Shown here one piece after another: positions 1 through 8,770 of a stretch of 64,000 nucleotides of DNA. The DNA is taken from assembly GCA_902778995.1 (NCBI GenBank), contig CACYZW010000019.1, positions 3,508 to 67,507 of the forward strand, read 5' to 3'. The translations under genes and the position numbers were made by a program. Positions within the stretch are counted from its first letter, which is position 1; each line of letters opens with the position of its first letter. A model generated the notes under the pieces. The model had not been told where the DNA came from. It saw nothing but the letters and a program-made list of their open reading frames with translations, and did not search any database. The stretch comes from an uncultured Eubacteriales bacterium (GTDB taxonomy: Bacteria; Bacillota; Clostridia; Christensenellales; Aristaeellaceae).

Positions 1-762
1 GACGCGCTCGGGGGCCCGTCGCGGCGCGACAGGCTCACCCCGCCGCAGGGCCTTGATGTCCTCGAAGATCCAGGGGGCTTTCAGCGCGGCCCGGCCGATG
101 GCGACCCCCGCCGCGTGGGAATTCTGCAGGAAGGTCAGCGCGTCCCGGGCGCAGGTGACGCCGCCGTTGGCATACACCGGGATATGCACGGCGTCGCAGA
201 CGGCGCGAATCGCCGCCGTGTCCACGGCGCCCAGATACATCTGCTCGCGGGTGCGCCCGTGCAGCGTGACGCTCTGAAAGCCCAGGTTCTCCGCCTCCGC
301 CACCAGACAAGGCGCGGTGATGTGCGCCGCGTCCCAGCCCAGGCGCAGCTTTAACCGCACCGGCAGGGATGTGGCGGCCTTCACGGCGGCCATCACCGCA
401 AACGCGCGCTCGGGCGACTTCAACAGCGCCGCGCCGTTGCCGCTGCCCACCACCTTGCGCGCCGGACACCCCATGTTGATGTCTATGGCGTCGAATCGCC
501 CCAGGGCCTCCAGCCTGCGGGCCGACTCCGCCATCGCCGCCGGGTCGCTGCCGATCAGCTGGGCCGCCAGGTTGCGCTCGTTGGGACAGCGGGCCAGCAC
601 CTCCTGAAAGGCGGGGCTCATGGGCCTTCTGGCCCGCCCGTAGGCCAGGGACTGTATCATCTCCGTGGTCGCGCCGTCGGCCCCATAGTCGAAGCAGACG
701 CTCCGGAAGGAGGCGCGGGTCATGCCGTCCATCGGCGCAAGCAGGAATTCCGGCGTTTGCAA
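1..762 (-). CDS. dus: tRNA-dihydrouridine synthase, partial (C-terminus lies beyond the window edge)
   Basis: My own translation of the minus frame, open to position 1: (TTG)MQTPEFLLAPMDGMTRASFR...INMGCPARKVVGSGNGAALLKSP...LHGRTREQMY...PVYANGG, which are typical Dus motifs. GGGGAGAAAGG RBS lies upstream of the TTG at 762. The ORF is absent from the track because it is open-ended. Confidence 0.85.
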   Translation of the reverse strand, partial: MQTPEFLLAPMDGMTRASFRSVCFDYGADGATTEMIQSLAYGRARRPMSPAFQEVLARCPNERNLAAQLIGSDPAAMAESARRLEALGRFDAIDINMGCPARKVVGSGNGAALLKSPERAFAVMAAVKAATSLPVRLKLRLGWDAAHITAPCLVAEAENLGFQSVTLHGRTREQMYLGAVDTAAIRAVCDAVHIPVYANGGVTCARDALTFLQNSHAAGVAIGRAALKAPWIFEDIKALRRGEPVAPRRAPERV

Positions 763-793
763 CGGCCTTTCTCCCCTTTATTACGATGTGTTT

Positions 794-2023
794 TTATCCG
801 GTGACGTTCAGCCGCGCGTCGCCGGTGCGCTGGTAGCCCTGCTGCAACAGCTGGGTGATGTCCCAGGGCCTGGAGGCGGCGTCCGGATACAGCTTCAACA
901 GGTAGATATAGGGCTCCAGCTTGGTGGGGTCGATCTGGGCACAGCGCTTCAGCATCGCCGCCGCCTTGTCGTTCTCCCCCGCTTCCAGATAGGCCATCGC
1001 CGCCGAGGAAGCGAAGCTGTAGCTGTTCGGGTCGCGCTGAAGCGCGCGCTCGTAAAAAAGCCCCGCCTCGCTGTATTGGCCCGCCTGGTAGGATTGATAG
1101 CCGAGGGTGCTGTAGGCGTCCTTGCTCCAGGCGATGTTGGCCCGCGCCAGACTGAGCTGTCCCGCACGGGAGCAGGCATAGATCACGATCAACAGAAACA
1201 GTATCGCAAACAGCGCCAGGCTCACGATTCCCCGGAGATGGCGCATGAAAAAGCTGCTCTCATCCTCATCCTCAAAGGAAAAGCTCCCCTCGGAATCGTC
1301 GCCGGCGTCATCGTAATCGTAGGGGTCGACCTCGTCGTAGGCGGCGCGCTTGCCATCCATAAAGATGTCGTTGGGGTTCATCGTCTTGGGCGGCACCAGC
1401 GTGTTGGCGGGCTTGCGCCCCTTCCGATTCTTGCCCCGGGATTTATCGTCCGGCGCGTCCGGCTTCAGCTTTGGCGCGCTGCCCTGCAATTGAACGGGCG
1501 GTTCACCGCCGCGCGCCATCTTCGGCGGCTTCTTTTCGGGCACTGCGGCCTGTTTTTTCCGTGTGATCTCCTCCCGCCAGCCCGCTTCCTCCGGCTTGTC
1601 CCCGCCTTCTTCGATCTCCAGCGGCGAAAAATCCGCCGCCGGGACCTCCGGTCTGGCCCACACGTCCGAATCCAGGTGGCTTCTGCGCTCCCGGCTCCAG
1701 TCCAGCAGCTCCGCCGCAGCGTCGTCCGACGCCTTTGCCGCGTCCGTGGCCTGCGCCTCTGCGCCCTCTTTATCGTCCGACTTCGGTCTGTCTTCTGAAA
1801 CAGACCCGATTTCATTCTGCGGGACAGCCTGTGTATCGCCCTCGATGGGCGCATTTGTATCCCCTGAAGCAACGCTCTCGACGGAATTCTCGGCGAAAAC
1901 CGGCATGACGACAGGCACATCCACCGGCGCGTCGTCCTGTTCGGGTATGACGATGGGCTTGCCGCAAAACGGGCAGAAGAGCATATCCTCGCCCACCTTT
2001 TTTCCGCAATGAGAACAGTACAC
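794..2023 (-). CDS. Zinc-ribbon / single-TM / TPR-repeat protein
   Basis: N-terminal CxxC...CxxC (MYCSHCGKK..FCPFCGKP). Charged linker, hydrophobic helix (IVSLALFAILFLLIVIYA), then C-terminal TPR-like helices. GTG start with GAGGGGAGGGA RBS. Confidence 0.7.
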   Translation of the reverse strand: MYCSHCGKKVGEDMLFCPFCGKPIVIPEQDDAPVDVPVVMPVFAENSVESVASGDTNAPIEGDTQAVPQNEIGSVSEDRPKSDDKEGAEAQATDAAKASDDAAAELLDWSRERRSHLDSDVWARPEVPAADFSPLEIEEGGDKPEEAGWREEITRKKQAAVPEKKPPKMARGGEPPVQLQGSAPKLKPDAPDDKSRGKNRKGRKPANTLVPPKTMNPNDIFMDGKRAAYDEVDPYDYDDAGDDSEGSFSFEDEDESSFFMRHLRGIVSLALFAILFLLIVIYACSRAGQLSLARANIAWSKDAYSTLGYQSYQAGQYSEAGLFYERALQRDPNSYSFASSAAMAYLEAGENDKAAAMLKRCAQIDPTKLEPYIYLLKLYPDAASRPWDITQLLQQGYQRTGDARLNVTG

Positions 2024-2059
2024 GGGCTTCCCTCCCCTCAGCCGACAGGCCGCGATGGT

Positions 2060-2878
2060 TCAGATGTTGCGCATGGCTTCGAAATCCGGGTCTCCGTAAA
2101 AGGTACGCTCTTCCCCCGGATCCCCGCCCAGCTCCTCGATGGCGTTGCGCAGCTCGATGTAGTCCAGATAACCGATGTCCGTCAGCGACAGGAACGGCGT
2201 CATGGCTTCGATGGCCCGGGGATCGCCCAGCTTGCCCAGGAACGAGGCGTACAGCGCCCGCTGCTCAGGCCGGTTGCGCAGCTTGTCCAGCATATAGCCG
2301 AGGATGCGGTCGTCACCGGGAAAATTGGCACAGACGCCCAGTATGCGCTGCTGGCCGAACTCCCCGGCGGCGTCGTAGCGCTGCAGGAGCGCTTCGATCT
2401 CCCTGCCGTCGCCGTCGGACAGGATATCCGCCGCCATTTCGCCGATCTCATCTTCCTCCCCGCTGCGACAGACCAGATCGACGTACAGATCCCGCGCGTC
2501 GTCGCTGTCGATGTCCCGGAGGATGGCCAGCGCCGTCGCCCGCAGGGATTCGGGCCTGTCCGTGTCCCCCGCCATGCGCATCAAGCCGGGCACGCAGGGC
2601 TGCCCCACGCTCACCACCCGGCTGTACAGCGGTTCCGGCAGGCCGATGTCCCGCTTGTCGTATTCCTCCAGCAGCTTGAGCAGATCCTTCGGCTCGCTGT
2701 AGCGCAGGAAATACTCCCCCGGCTTCTCCCCGTCCAGCCACTTGGCCGGGGCGTTGAGGAAGTTCAGCATGATCTCGTTGTAGCTGTCCTCCACCTGCTT
2801 TTCGGTCATGCCGGGGCGCATGGCCATCCATGCGCGGGCGTAATCGTAGAATTTGGCGTCAAAATCGTATATCTTCAT
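2060..2878 (-). CDS. Hypothetical protein, HEAT/armadillo-like helical repeats
   Basis: The 281-aa ORF was trimmed to MKIYDF, which has a GGAGAGG RBS. Coding-like composition; repeated GDPRAIEA / ALAILRDI type helices. Confidence 0.55.
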   Translation of the reverse strand: MKIYDFDAKFYDYARAWMAMRPGMTEKQVEDSYNEIMLNFLNAPAKWLDGEKPGEYFLRYSEPKDLLKLLEEYDKRDIGLPEPLYSRVVSVGQPCVPGLMRMAGDTDRPESLRATALAILRDIDSDDARDLYVDLVCRSGEEDEIGEMAADILSDGDGREIEALLQRYDAAGEFGQQRILGVCANFPGDDRILGYMLDKLRNRPEQRALYASFLGKLGDPRAIEAMTPFLSLTDIGYLDYIELRNAIEELGGDPGEERTFYGDPDFEAMRNI

Positions 2879-3080
2879 AGACCTCTCCAACAATGTAATC
2901 TGCATAAGGGTATCTAAAAACGAACGCGCCGCCCGGCGAGACGGATTTGTTCAGATTTGGCCTGCAAAAGGCGCAGGCCGTCCGGCGGCGATGAGCGCTT
3001 TAGGGCCTGTAAGCCCATCCGATACTGTAACGGCGACGTCTGCGCCGTCACAGAGCAGAGCGGACGCACGCGCATTATTG

Positions 3081-4775
3081 TCATACCTGTTCCTCCCGCG
3101 CCACCTTGTCCAGGCTGCTTGCGATCCGCCGGGCGTAGTATGTCAACTGACGCACGTCGCAGCCGAACTGCTCCGCCAGTTTGTCGGTATCCGGTTTGGG
3201 CCCATAGACCAGCAGATAGCTGTAGGCCAGCGCCGCCGCGCCGCCGCCGACGCAGCGCACGGGATCCATCGACGTGCCCCGCAGCTGGCGATAGGCCGAG
3301 AAAATCAGCAACAGCTGTGAAAGTGCCGCGATGCCGTATTCCCGTTGGAGCACCTCGTCAGCGTAGCGCACCAGCTGGCGCTCGCCCACGCTCAGGCGGG
3401 CCATCATCGCTTTGGCATCGGGCATGAAGCCGGGGCCGAGGCCCGTCCTTGCGGGCATGATGGCCTCGGAATCCACGCCCTGGAGCCGCAGCACCAGCGC
3501 CGCGTGGATTTTCAAATCGCCCGGAACGCCCTCGTTGAACAGCAGCATGCGCACCAGGCTCCTCGATTCCCGGTGGTCGATGGTCGTCAGCGCGGTCATG
3601 GCGGCGCGGCTCAGCCGCGCGTCCTCCGCCCGGACCGCCCAGGCCATCAGCTGTCGAAAGGCGGGGTCGTCCCGCCAGCGGGTTTCAAGCTGTTCATAGC
3701 CCTGGCCCATCTGCTCCACCAACAGGCGCAGACGGCGCTCAAATTCCCGGCGGGGCACCTGGTAGCCGTAGTCCGGCGCTTCGTCCTTCAACCGCCCGTT
3801 CAAGGCCGCCTCCTGATAGTACTGGGCCACGCTGTCCGACGGATCGATGCGCAGTATGCGCGCCCAGAAGCGGGCCACGCGGATGTCCGGCGTGCCTGTG
3901 CGATTCAGGGCCACCGCCCGCATGTGCAGCAGATCCCGGTCAAAGGGCGCTTCCCGGAGGGCCTTGCGCACGTAGTCCGCCACCTCTTGGTCCATGCCCA
4001 GTTCGCCCATCACGTAGATCATCAGCCGCAGCTCCTGCCCCTCGGGACGCTCCTCCATCGCCCGGGCGATCAGCGTCCGGGCGGTGTGGGCGTCCCCGGA
4101 CATGGCAAACACCTGCGCGCTGACGCACAGCGCCTTCACCGACGGCGGATAACCCCCGGCGGCCTGTCCGGCCTGGGTCAGGGCCTCGTCGGTGCGGCCG
4201 ACGATCAGCAGCGCCATGGCGTACAGGGCCCGCATGTCGTACTGCTCCGAGGCCATGGACAGCGAACGCTCGAACAGGCGGCAGGCCTTTTCGTTCATGT
4301 CCGCCTTCATCGCGTCGCAGGCCCGGTTGGCGATACAGACCGCGCGGCGGAGCTTTCGGTTGACGGGATGGCTGAGCTCGTCGAAAAAAACCAGCTCTGC
4401 GGCCAGGCGCTGAACCTCCTCCAGGTGCGCGCCCTCGGGGTCGCGATGCCGGTACAGGGTCAGCGAGCGCTGCGCGCCGGTGAGGTCGTTCATCCCAAGC
4501 TGATTCAACGCCAGGCCGTAGTAGCACTCCGTGGGCCCGTCGCCCTCCGCCAGCATGTCCAGCAGCAGGCGGGTGGATTGCTCGTGGCAGCCCATTTCGC
4601 AATAGAGCTCCGCCAGATCCAGCCGGTACTCCCGGTTCTCCGGCGCGGCCTCCACCGCGCGGCGCATCAGCTCCAGGGCATCCACGATGTTGTTTTCCCG
4701 CCGGTTCATCATGGCCCGGTGATGCACGTAGGCCGAAGATCGCTTGAAGGCGACGACATTGATGTTGTTTTTCAT
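3081..4775 (-). CDS. TPR-repeat protein
   Basis: The 568-aa ORF was trimmed to MKNNINV (GGGAG RBS). Multiple TPR-like units (ALELMRRAVEAAPENREYRLDLAELYCEMG...). Confidence 0.7.
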   Translation of the reverse strand: MKNNINVVAFKRSSAYVHHRAMMNRRENNIVDALELMRRAVEAAPENREYRLDLAELYCEMGCHEQSTRLLLDMLAEGDGPTECYYGLALNQLGMNDLTGAQRSLTLYRHRDPEGAHLEEVQRLAAELVFFDELSHPVNRKLRRAVCIANRACDAMKADMNEKACRLFERSLSMASEQYDMRALYAMALLIVGRTDEALTQAGQAAGGYPPSVKALCVSAQVFAMSGDAHTARTLIARAMEERPEGQELRLMIYVMGELGMDQEVADYVRKALREAPFDRDLLHMRAVALNRTGTPDIRVARFWARILRIDPSDSVAQYYQEAALNGRLKDEAPDYGYQVPRREFERRLRLLVEQMGQGYEQLETRWRDDPAFRQLMAWAVRAEDARLSRAAMTALTTIDHRESRSLVRMLLFNEGVPGDLKIHAALVLRLQGVDSEAIMPARTGLGPGFMPDAKAMMARLSVGERQLVRYADEVLQREYGIAALSQLLLIFSAYRQLRGTSMDPVRCVGGGAAALAYSYLLVYGPKPDTDKLAEQFGCDVRQLTYYARRIASSLDKVAREEQV

Positions 4776-4901
4776 TGATGCTCCCAATATTGAAAGATTA
4801 TTCCGGAACAGATCTGTGAGACGGCATTGCGGCTGCCGAAACCATGTCGTAGCGGCGGCGCATGCGCCAGCCGGCCCACCAAAGGCGCGGGGGGAAGATC
4901 C

Positions 4902-5813
4902 TCAGCCCCTGTCCGCTGCGTCTCCCTTCGCCGTTGCCGCAGCCAGCAGCGCCCTGAGATCGTCCTCGCTGAAGCGATAGCGCTTGTTGCAGAAGTGGCA
5001 GTCCACCTGCGCGCCGTGCTGGGTCCGGAGCATGTCGGTCAATTCCTCCGCCCCCAGGGTGATCAGCGCCCGCTCCACCCGTTCGCGGCTGCAATCGCAG
5101 GCATAGCGCACCTCACGGCGCTCCAGCACCCTGGGCTGCAGGTGCATGAGCAGCTGGTCCACCGCGCCGTCCAGGTGGTACGCCTTCATCGTGCCCGAGA
5201 TGTCCATAAACATGCCCGCGCTGTTCTCGATGGACTGTATCGCCGCTTCGCTGGCCCCCGGCAGCAGCTGCACGATCAGGCCGCCCGCGGATTCCACACG
5301 CTCGTCGCTGACCAGCACGCCCAGCGACACCAGCGACGGCGTCTGCTCGGAGGCGGTAAAGTACATGGCGAAATCCTCGGCGATCTCGCCCGACACAAGG
5401 TTCACCTGGCCTACGTAGGGCTCCCGCAGCCGCAGGTCCTTGATGACGGACAGGCGGCCCTCCCTGCCCACCGCGGCCCCCACGGGCAGCTTCGGCCCCG
5501 TGCGGGGCAGATCTACGGCGGGATTGTCCACGTAGCCCTTCACCGAGCAATCCGCCCCGGCCACCGCCAGCACCGTGCCGATGGGACCGCCGCCCCGAAT
5601 CGAGGCCGTGACGCTCTCGTCCCGGCCCTTGAGCATGCTTCCCATCATCGCCGTGGCCGTGAGCGTGCGGCCCAGGGCTGCCGTGGCGATTCGGGAAAGG
5701 CCGTGGATGTCCTTCGCAGCCTGAACCACCTGGGTGCTCTCGGTCAATATGGCCCTGGCCTGCCCTTCCAAAAGGGATATGTGCAGTATGCCGTCCCGAT
5801 TCATAACGCCCAT
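4902..5813 (-). CDS. hslO: Hsp33 redox-regulated chaperone
   Basis: The sequence is Hsp33-like throughout. C-terminal zinc centre CDCS...CHFC (YACDCSRERV...VDCHFCNKRY). AAGGAG RBS upstream of MGVMNRDG. Confidence 0.9.
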   Translation of the reverse strand: MGVMNRDGILHISLLEGQARAILTESTQVVQAAKDIHGLSRIATAALGRTLTATAMMGSMLKGRDESVTASIRGGGPIGTVLAVAGADCSVKGYVDNPAVDLPRTGPKLPVGAAVGREGRLSVIKDLRLREPYVGQVNLVSGEIAEDFAMYFTASEQTPSLVSLGVLVSDERVESAGGLIVQLLPGASEAAIQSIENSAGMFMDISGTMKAYHLDGAVDQLLMHLQPRVLERREVRYACDCSRERVERALITLGAEELTDMLRTQHGAQVDCHFCNKRYRFSEDDLRALLAAATAKGDAADRG

Positions 5814-5835
5814 ACAGAGATACTCCTTATCTATA

Positions 5836-6582
5836 TTATTCCCGGATCGCCGCGATGTGAACGCGCGGTTCATCCGCCGCCGGGGGATCGAAGCGCCTGT
5901 CCCCCAGCGCCCGCGCATTGACAAAGCCGCTCTGCGACATCAACGCCAGCAGGTGCTCCGGCGCGTGGGCCTTCTGCACGTGCAGCTCGTCGAAACGGCG
6001 GTAGCGCCCGTCGGCCTCCCGGGTGAAAAAGGTGAGATCCATGGTCACGGTTTGAGCCGCCTCGTCCCACCGGTTGCTCCACAGATAGGCGACCTCGCCC
6101 CGATCCTCGCCAAAGAAATTGTTCCCCAGCGTGTGCCGGAGCTTGTACGGCGAGGAGATGTCGAAGGCGAACACGCCGCCCGGTCGCAGGGCCCGGCGCG
6201 CCCGGTCGAAAAAGGCGCGCAGCCGGTCGTCGTCCAGCAGATAATTCACGCCGTCGCAGGCGCATACCAGCGCGTCCACCGGCCTGGGGAGCGTCAGCGC
6301 GCACATGTCTTGGCGCACAAACATCACCTGTACGCCCCGGGACAGTGCCTTCTGCCTGGCCAGCTCCAGCATGTCGCCGGACAGATCCACCCCGGTCACC
6401 TTCACGCCCCGCTCGGCAAAGCGCACCGACATGGCGCCGGTGCCGCAGGCGCAATCGCACAGCGCGTAAGGCTCGACCCCCATGCGCCCGATCAGGGCCA
6501 TGTAGTATTCCGCCCAGGCGTCGTAATCCACGTCGTCCATCAGGGCGTCATATAAACCGGCAAAGGCTTCATAGGCTGGCAT
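5836..6582 (-). CDS. Class I SAM-dependent methyltransferase
   Basis: Motif I DCACGTG, and VTGVDLSGDML. Start at MPAYEAF with GAGGAGG RBS. Confidence 0.85.
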   Translation of the reverse strand: MPAYEAFAGLYDALMDDVDYDAWAEYYMALIGRMGVEPYALCDCACGTGAMSVRFAERGVKVTGVDLSGDMLELARQKALSRGVQVMFVRQDMCALTLPRPVDALVCACDGVNYLLDDDRLRAFFDRARRALRPGGVFAFDISSPYKLRHTLGNNFFGEDRGEVAYLWSNRWDEAAQTVTMDLTFFTREADGRYRRFDELHVQKAHAPEHLLALMSQSGFVNARALGDRRFDPPAADEPRVHIAAIRE

Positions 6583-6775
6583 GGCGCGCCTCCTCGTACA
6601 GTATAAAAACCTATAATATACCAATATGTATTCTATCACATTCGCCGGACAAATTCAATTCCCGTCGCGGCGTCCTGCGGGTTTGTTTTGCCATATAACA
6701 CAATTCTAACCTGAACGTACAGAAGCCATTCTGCAAATCTGATATGATGCAAAAAAACGATGCGGTGATGAACAG

Positions 6776-7426
6776 ATGAAATACGAGCTTGTGATATTCG
6801 ACCTGGACGGCACGCTGTTGGACACGCTGGACGACCTGACCAAGGCGGTGAACCACGCCCTTCGCCTGCAGGGCTTTCCCCTGCGCACACGGGAGGAGGT
6901 GCGCCTTTTGATCGGCAACGGCATTGCCAGCACCATGCGCCGCGCCATTCCCGAGGGATCGGACGAAGCAGCCTTTACAAGGGCCCTTTCCGATTTCCGG
7001 GGCTATTATCTGGCTCACGTCAATGATTACACCCGGCCCTACGGCGGCATCCCGCGCCTGCTGGACGATATGGCAAGCGCAGGCATCAAGGCGGCGGTCA
7101 ATTCCAACAAGGTGGACGCCGCCACGCAGGCGCTCTGCCAGGCCCACCTGCCGGGAAGGTTCGCTTTCATCCTCGGCGAGCAGCCAGATATTCCCAAAAA
7201 GCCGGCGCCCGACGGAGCGATTCGCATCATGCGCGCCCTCGACGTAGCCCCCGGGCGCACGCTGTACGTGGGCGACGGCGAGACGGACATACAGACCGCG
7301 CACAACGCGGGCATCGACTGCGCCTGGGTAGGCTGGGGCTATCGCAGGGTATCCGAGCTTCAAGGCGCGGAACCGCCCCGGATATTCACTTCGGTCGAGG
7401 CGCTGAGAGGCTTCATTTTTGCCTGA
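6776..7426 (+). CDS. HAD-IA hydrolase, phosphoglycolate-phosphatase-like
   Basis: DLDGTLLDT motif I, SNK motif, GDGETD motif IV. Confidence 0.85.
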   Translation: MKYELVIFDLDGTLLDTLDDLTKAVNHALRLQGFPLRTREEVRLLIGNGIASTMRRAIPEGSDEAAFTRALSDFRGYYLAHVNDYTRPYGGIPRLLDDMASAGIKAAVNSNKVDAATQALCQAHLPGRFAFILGEQPDIPKKPAPDGAIRIMRALDVAPGRTLYVGDGETDIQTAHNAGIDCAWVGWGYRRVSELQGAEPPRIFTSVEALRGFIFA

Positions 7427-7445
7427 AAACCATCCATGGAAACAA

Positions 7446-7516
7446 AAAATCCTTCGCGATCTCCGGTACGGGGCGCTTGCGCGTCCTGCCCGCCCCGGCA
7501 GAGCGAAGGATTTTAT
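7446..7516 (+). terminator. Long hairpin with T-tail between convergent genes
   Basis: AAAATCCTTCGC (7446-7457) pairs with GCGAAGGATTTT (7503-7514) and is followed by ATTTG. There is internal GC-rich pairing. Confidence 0.4.
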
Positions 7517-7537
7517 TTGTCTCTTTGTGGTTACCTT

Positions 7538-8158
7538 TCAGCCGTTCGGGTTTTCGGCGATTTCCCGCAATATGGCGTTCATCAGCGCCACAGTAACATG
7601 TACGCCGCCCTTCTTGCCGCGCACGACGATGGAGGTGAGGTCGCTGTCGATCAACCGCTCCTTCATCTGAACGACGCTGGCAAAGCCCGTGGGTGCGGCC
7701 AGCACACAGACCTCGCTGAGGGGCTCATGCTGGCGATGGGCGATGATGCGGTTGATCGCTGCGGGCGCGCTGCCCACCACCATCAGCTTGGGCCCGTTTA
7801 CCGCCAGGCCGTAATCCACAGCCACCTCCGCCCGGGTCACATGGCGCTGCTCCGCCTGGTAAACCACATTCGGATCGTCGATGAAACACATGATCTGAGC
7901 CCCGTGATCGCCCAGCAGCTTTGCGTCGATATCATTCGCCAAAATTGCCGTGTCCGTGATGATCGTGCCGCCCATATCGATCAGTCTGCGGATATGGGTC
8001 ATCGCTGTAGGGCCAAAATAGACGCTCTGAGAAAGCGCGGCATCCTTGGTTTCTGCCTCGACCTTTTTCAGTATAGCGGTTACATTGGGGTTCAAGTATG
8101 CCTTGCTTCCACGATGCCTGTTTTCCAACCCCCGTGTTTTTCTCAACAATTTTGCCAC
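7538..8158 (-). CDS. CbiC/CobH (precorrin-8X methylmutase)-like domain protein, orphan. Start codon uncertain.
   Basis: The C-terminal two thirds resemble CbiC (IITDTAIL, VVGSAPAAI in the place of GNAPTAL, APTGFASVV, GKKGGV in the place of GRKGGS). I could not find the N-terminal HATAD-type His motif. Confidence 0.6.
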   Translation of the reverse strand: MAKLLRKTRGLENRHRGSKAYLNPNVTAILKKVEAETKDAALSQSVYFGPTAMTHIRRLIDMGGTIITDTAILANDIDAKLLGDHGAQIMCFIDDPNVVYQAEQRHVTRAEVAVDYGLAVNGPKLMVVGSAPAAINRIIAHRQHEPLSEVCVLAAPTGFASVVQMKERLIDSDLTSIVVRGKKGGVHVTVALMNAILREIAENPNG

Positions 8159-8164
8159 TCCATT

Positions 8165-8325
8165 TCAATGGGACGTATGTTGACGTTAAACCAAGCCCAT
8201 GCCTTTCGATCTTAATATACAACGATACTGGTAGTTAGTCAAGGAACTTGACTAACTTCTTTCGTTAACAGTTTGGGCAGTGGCCGACGATTGTCACCCT
8301 GATTCGGCTTAAGCGGAATTTAAAC
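8165..8325 (-). promoter_or_regulatory. Candidate cobalamin riboswitch-like leader upstream of the CbiC-like gene
   Basis: The minus strand reads ...AATCAGGGTGACAATCGTCGGCCACTGCCCAAACTGTTAACG...AGTTAGTCAAGTTCCTTGACTAAC. This resembles the core GGTGA.AATC...GCCACTG...ACTGT and a degenerate B12-box AGTCA. Judged by eye only. Confidence 0.3.
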
Positions 8326-8336
8326 AATGCGAGCTA

Positions 8337-8365
8337 TTGACAACGCCTCTGTTTTGCGGTATAAT
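8337..8365 (+). promoter_or_regulatory. Sigma-70/SigA consensus promoter for tRNA-Trp
   Basis: TTGACA (8337-8342), 17-bp spacer, TATAAT (8360-8365), about 20 bp upstream of the tRNA. Confidence 0.75.
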
Positions 8366-8384
8366 CCATTTGTTCACAGAACAT

Positions 8385-8458
8385 AGGGGCATGGTGTAAT
8401 GGTAACACGTGGGTCTCCAAAACCTTTGTTGTGAGTTCGAATCTTACTGCCCCTGCCA
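8385..8458 (+). tRNA. tRNA-Trp (anticodon CCA), CCA end encoded
   Basis: Cloverleaf folded by hand: acceptor AGGGGCA/TGCCCCT, anticodon loop CTCCAAA, T-arm GTGAG-TTCGAAT-CTTAC. From memory it closely resembles Bacillus tRNA-Trp. Confidence 0.9.
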
Positions 8459-8460
8459 CG

Positions 8461-8487
8461 AGGACGCGCTACAGTGTAGCGCGTCCT
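8461..8487 (+). terminator. Hairpin after tRNA-Trp
   Basis: AGGACGCGCTA / TAGCGCGTCCT, an 11-bp stem with a 5-nt loop. The T-tail is weak (TCGCTTTA). Confidence 0.5.
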
Positions 8488-8668
8488 TCGCTTTATCAGA
8501 ATTGCATCCATTCCATGGGCTTTATGGAGGCATTGCGGAATTTGAGCGTTGCCGACCTCTGCGTTGCAGGCTCAAAACAATCGGTAAATCCCCATAGACC
8601 GGCATGACGATCGCCATTAATCAGCGCCACAAACTTCTTCCCGCCCCAACAAATCCCCTTCCATTCGG

Positions 8669-8697
8669 TTGAAATTACATGCGATATATGTTACAAT
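8669..8697 (+). promoter_or_regulatory. Promoter-like element upstream of the flavoprotein reductase
   Basis: TTGAAA, 17 bp, TACAAT, about 75 bp upstream of the ATG at 8771. Confidence 0.5.
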
Positions 8698-8770
8698 GGA
8701 GCTGCGCGACAGGCCGTCGTACAGGCGCCGTCCTTTCGCGCGCCATCAATATTTTTAAGGAGGAAAACCC

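Noticed and set aside
722-1798. 358-aa plus-strand ORF overlapping the dus start and the zinc-ribbon/TPR gene
   Set aside because: It has shadow-ORF composition and overlaps two better-supported minus-strand genes.
3345-4778. 477-aa plus-strand ORF opposite the TPR gene
   Set aside because: It has shadow-ORF composition (H/R/G/A/Q-rich), no motifs and no RBS. The minus-strand TPR reading is coherent.
8409-8597. 62-aa ORF starting inside tRNA-Trp
   Set aside because: It overlaps the tRNA and its terminator hairpin and has no RBS.
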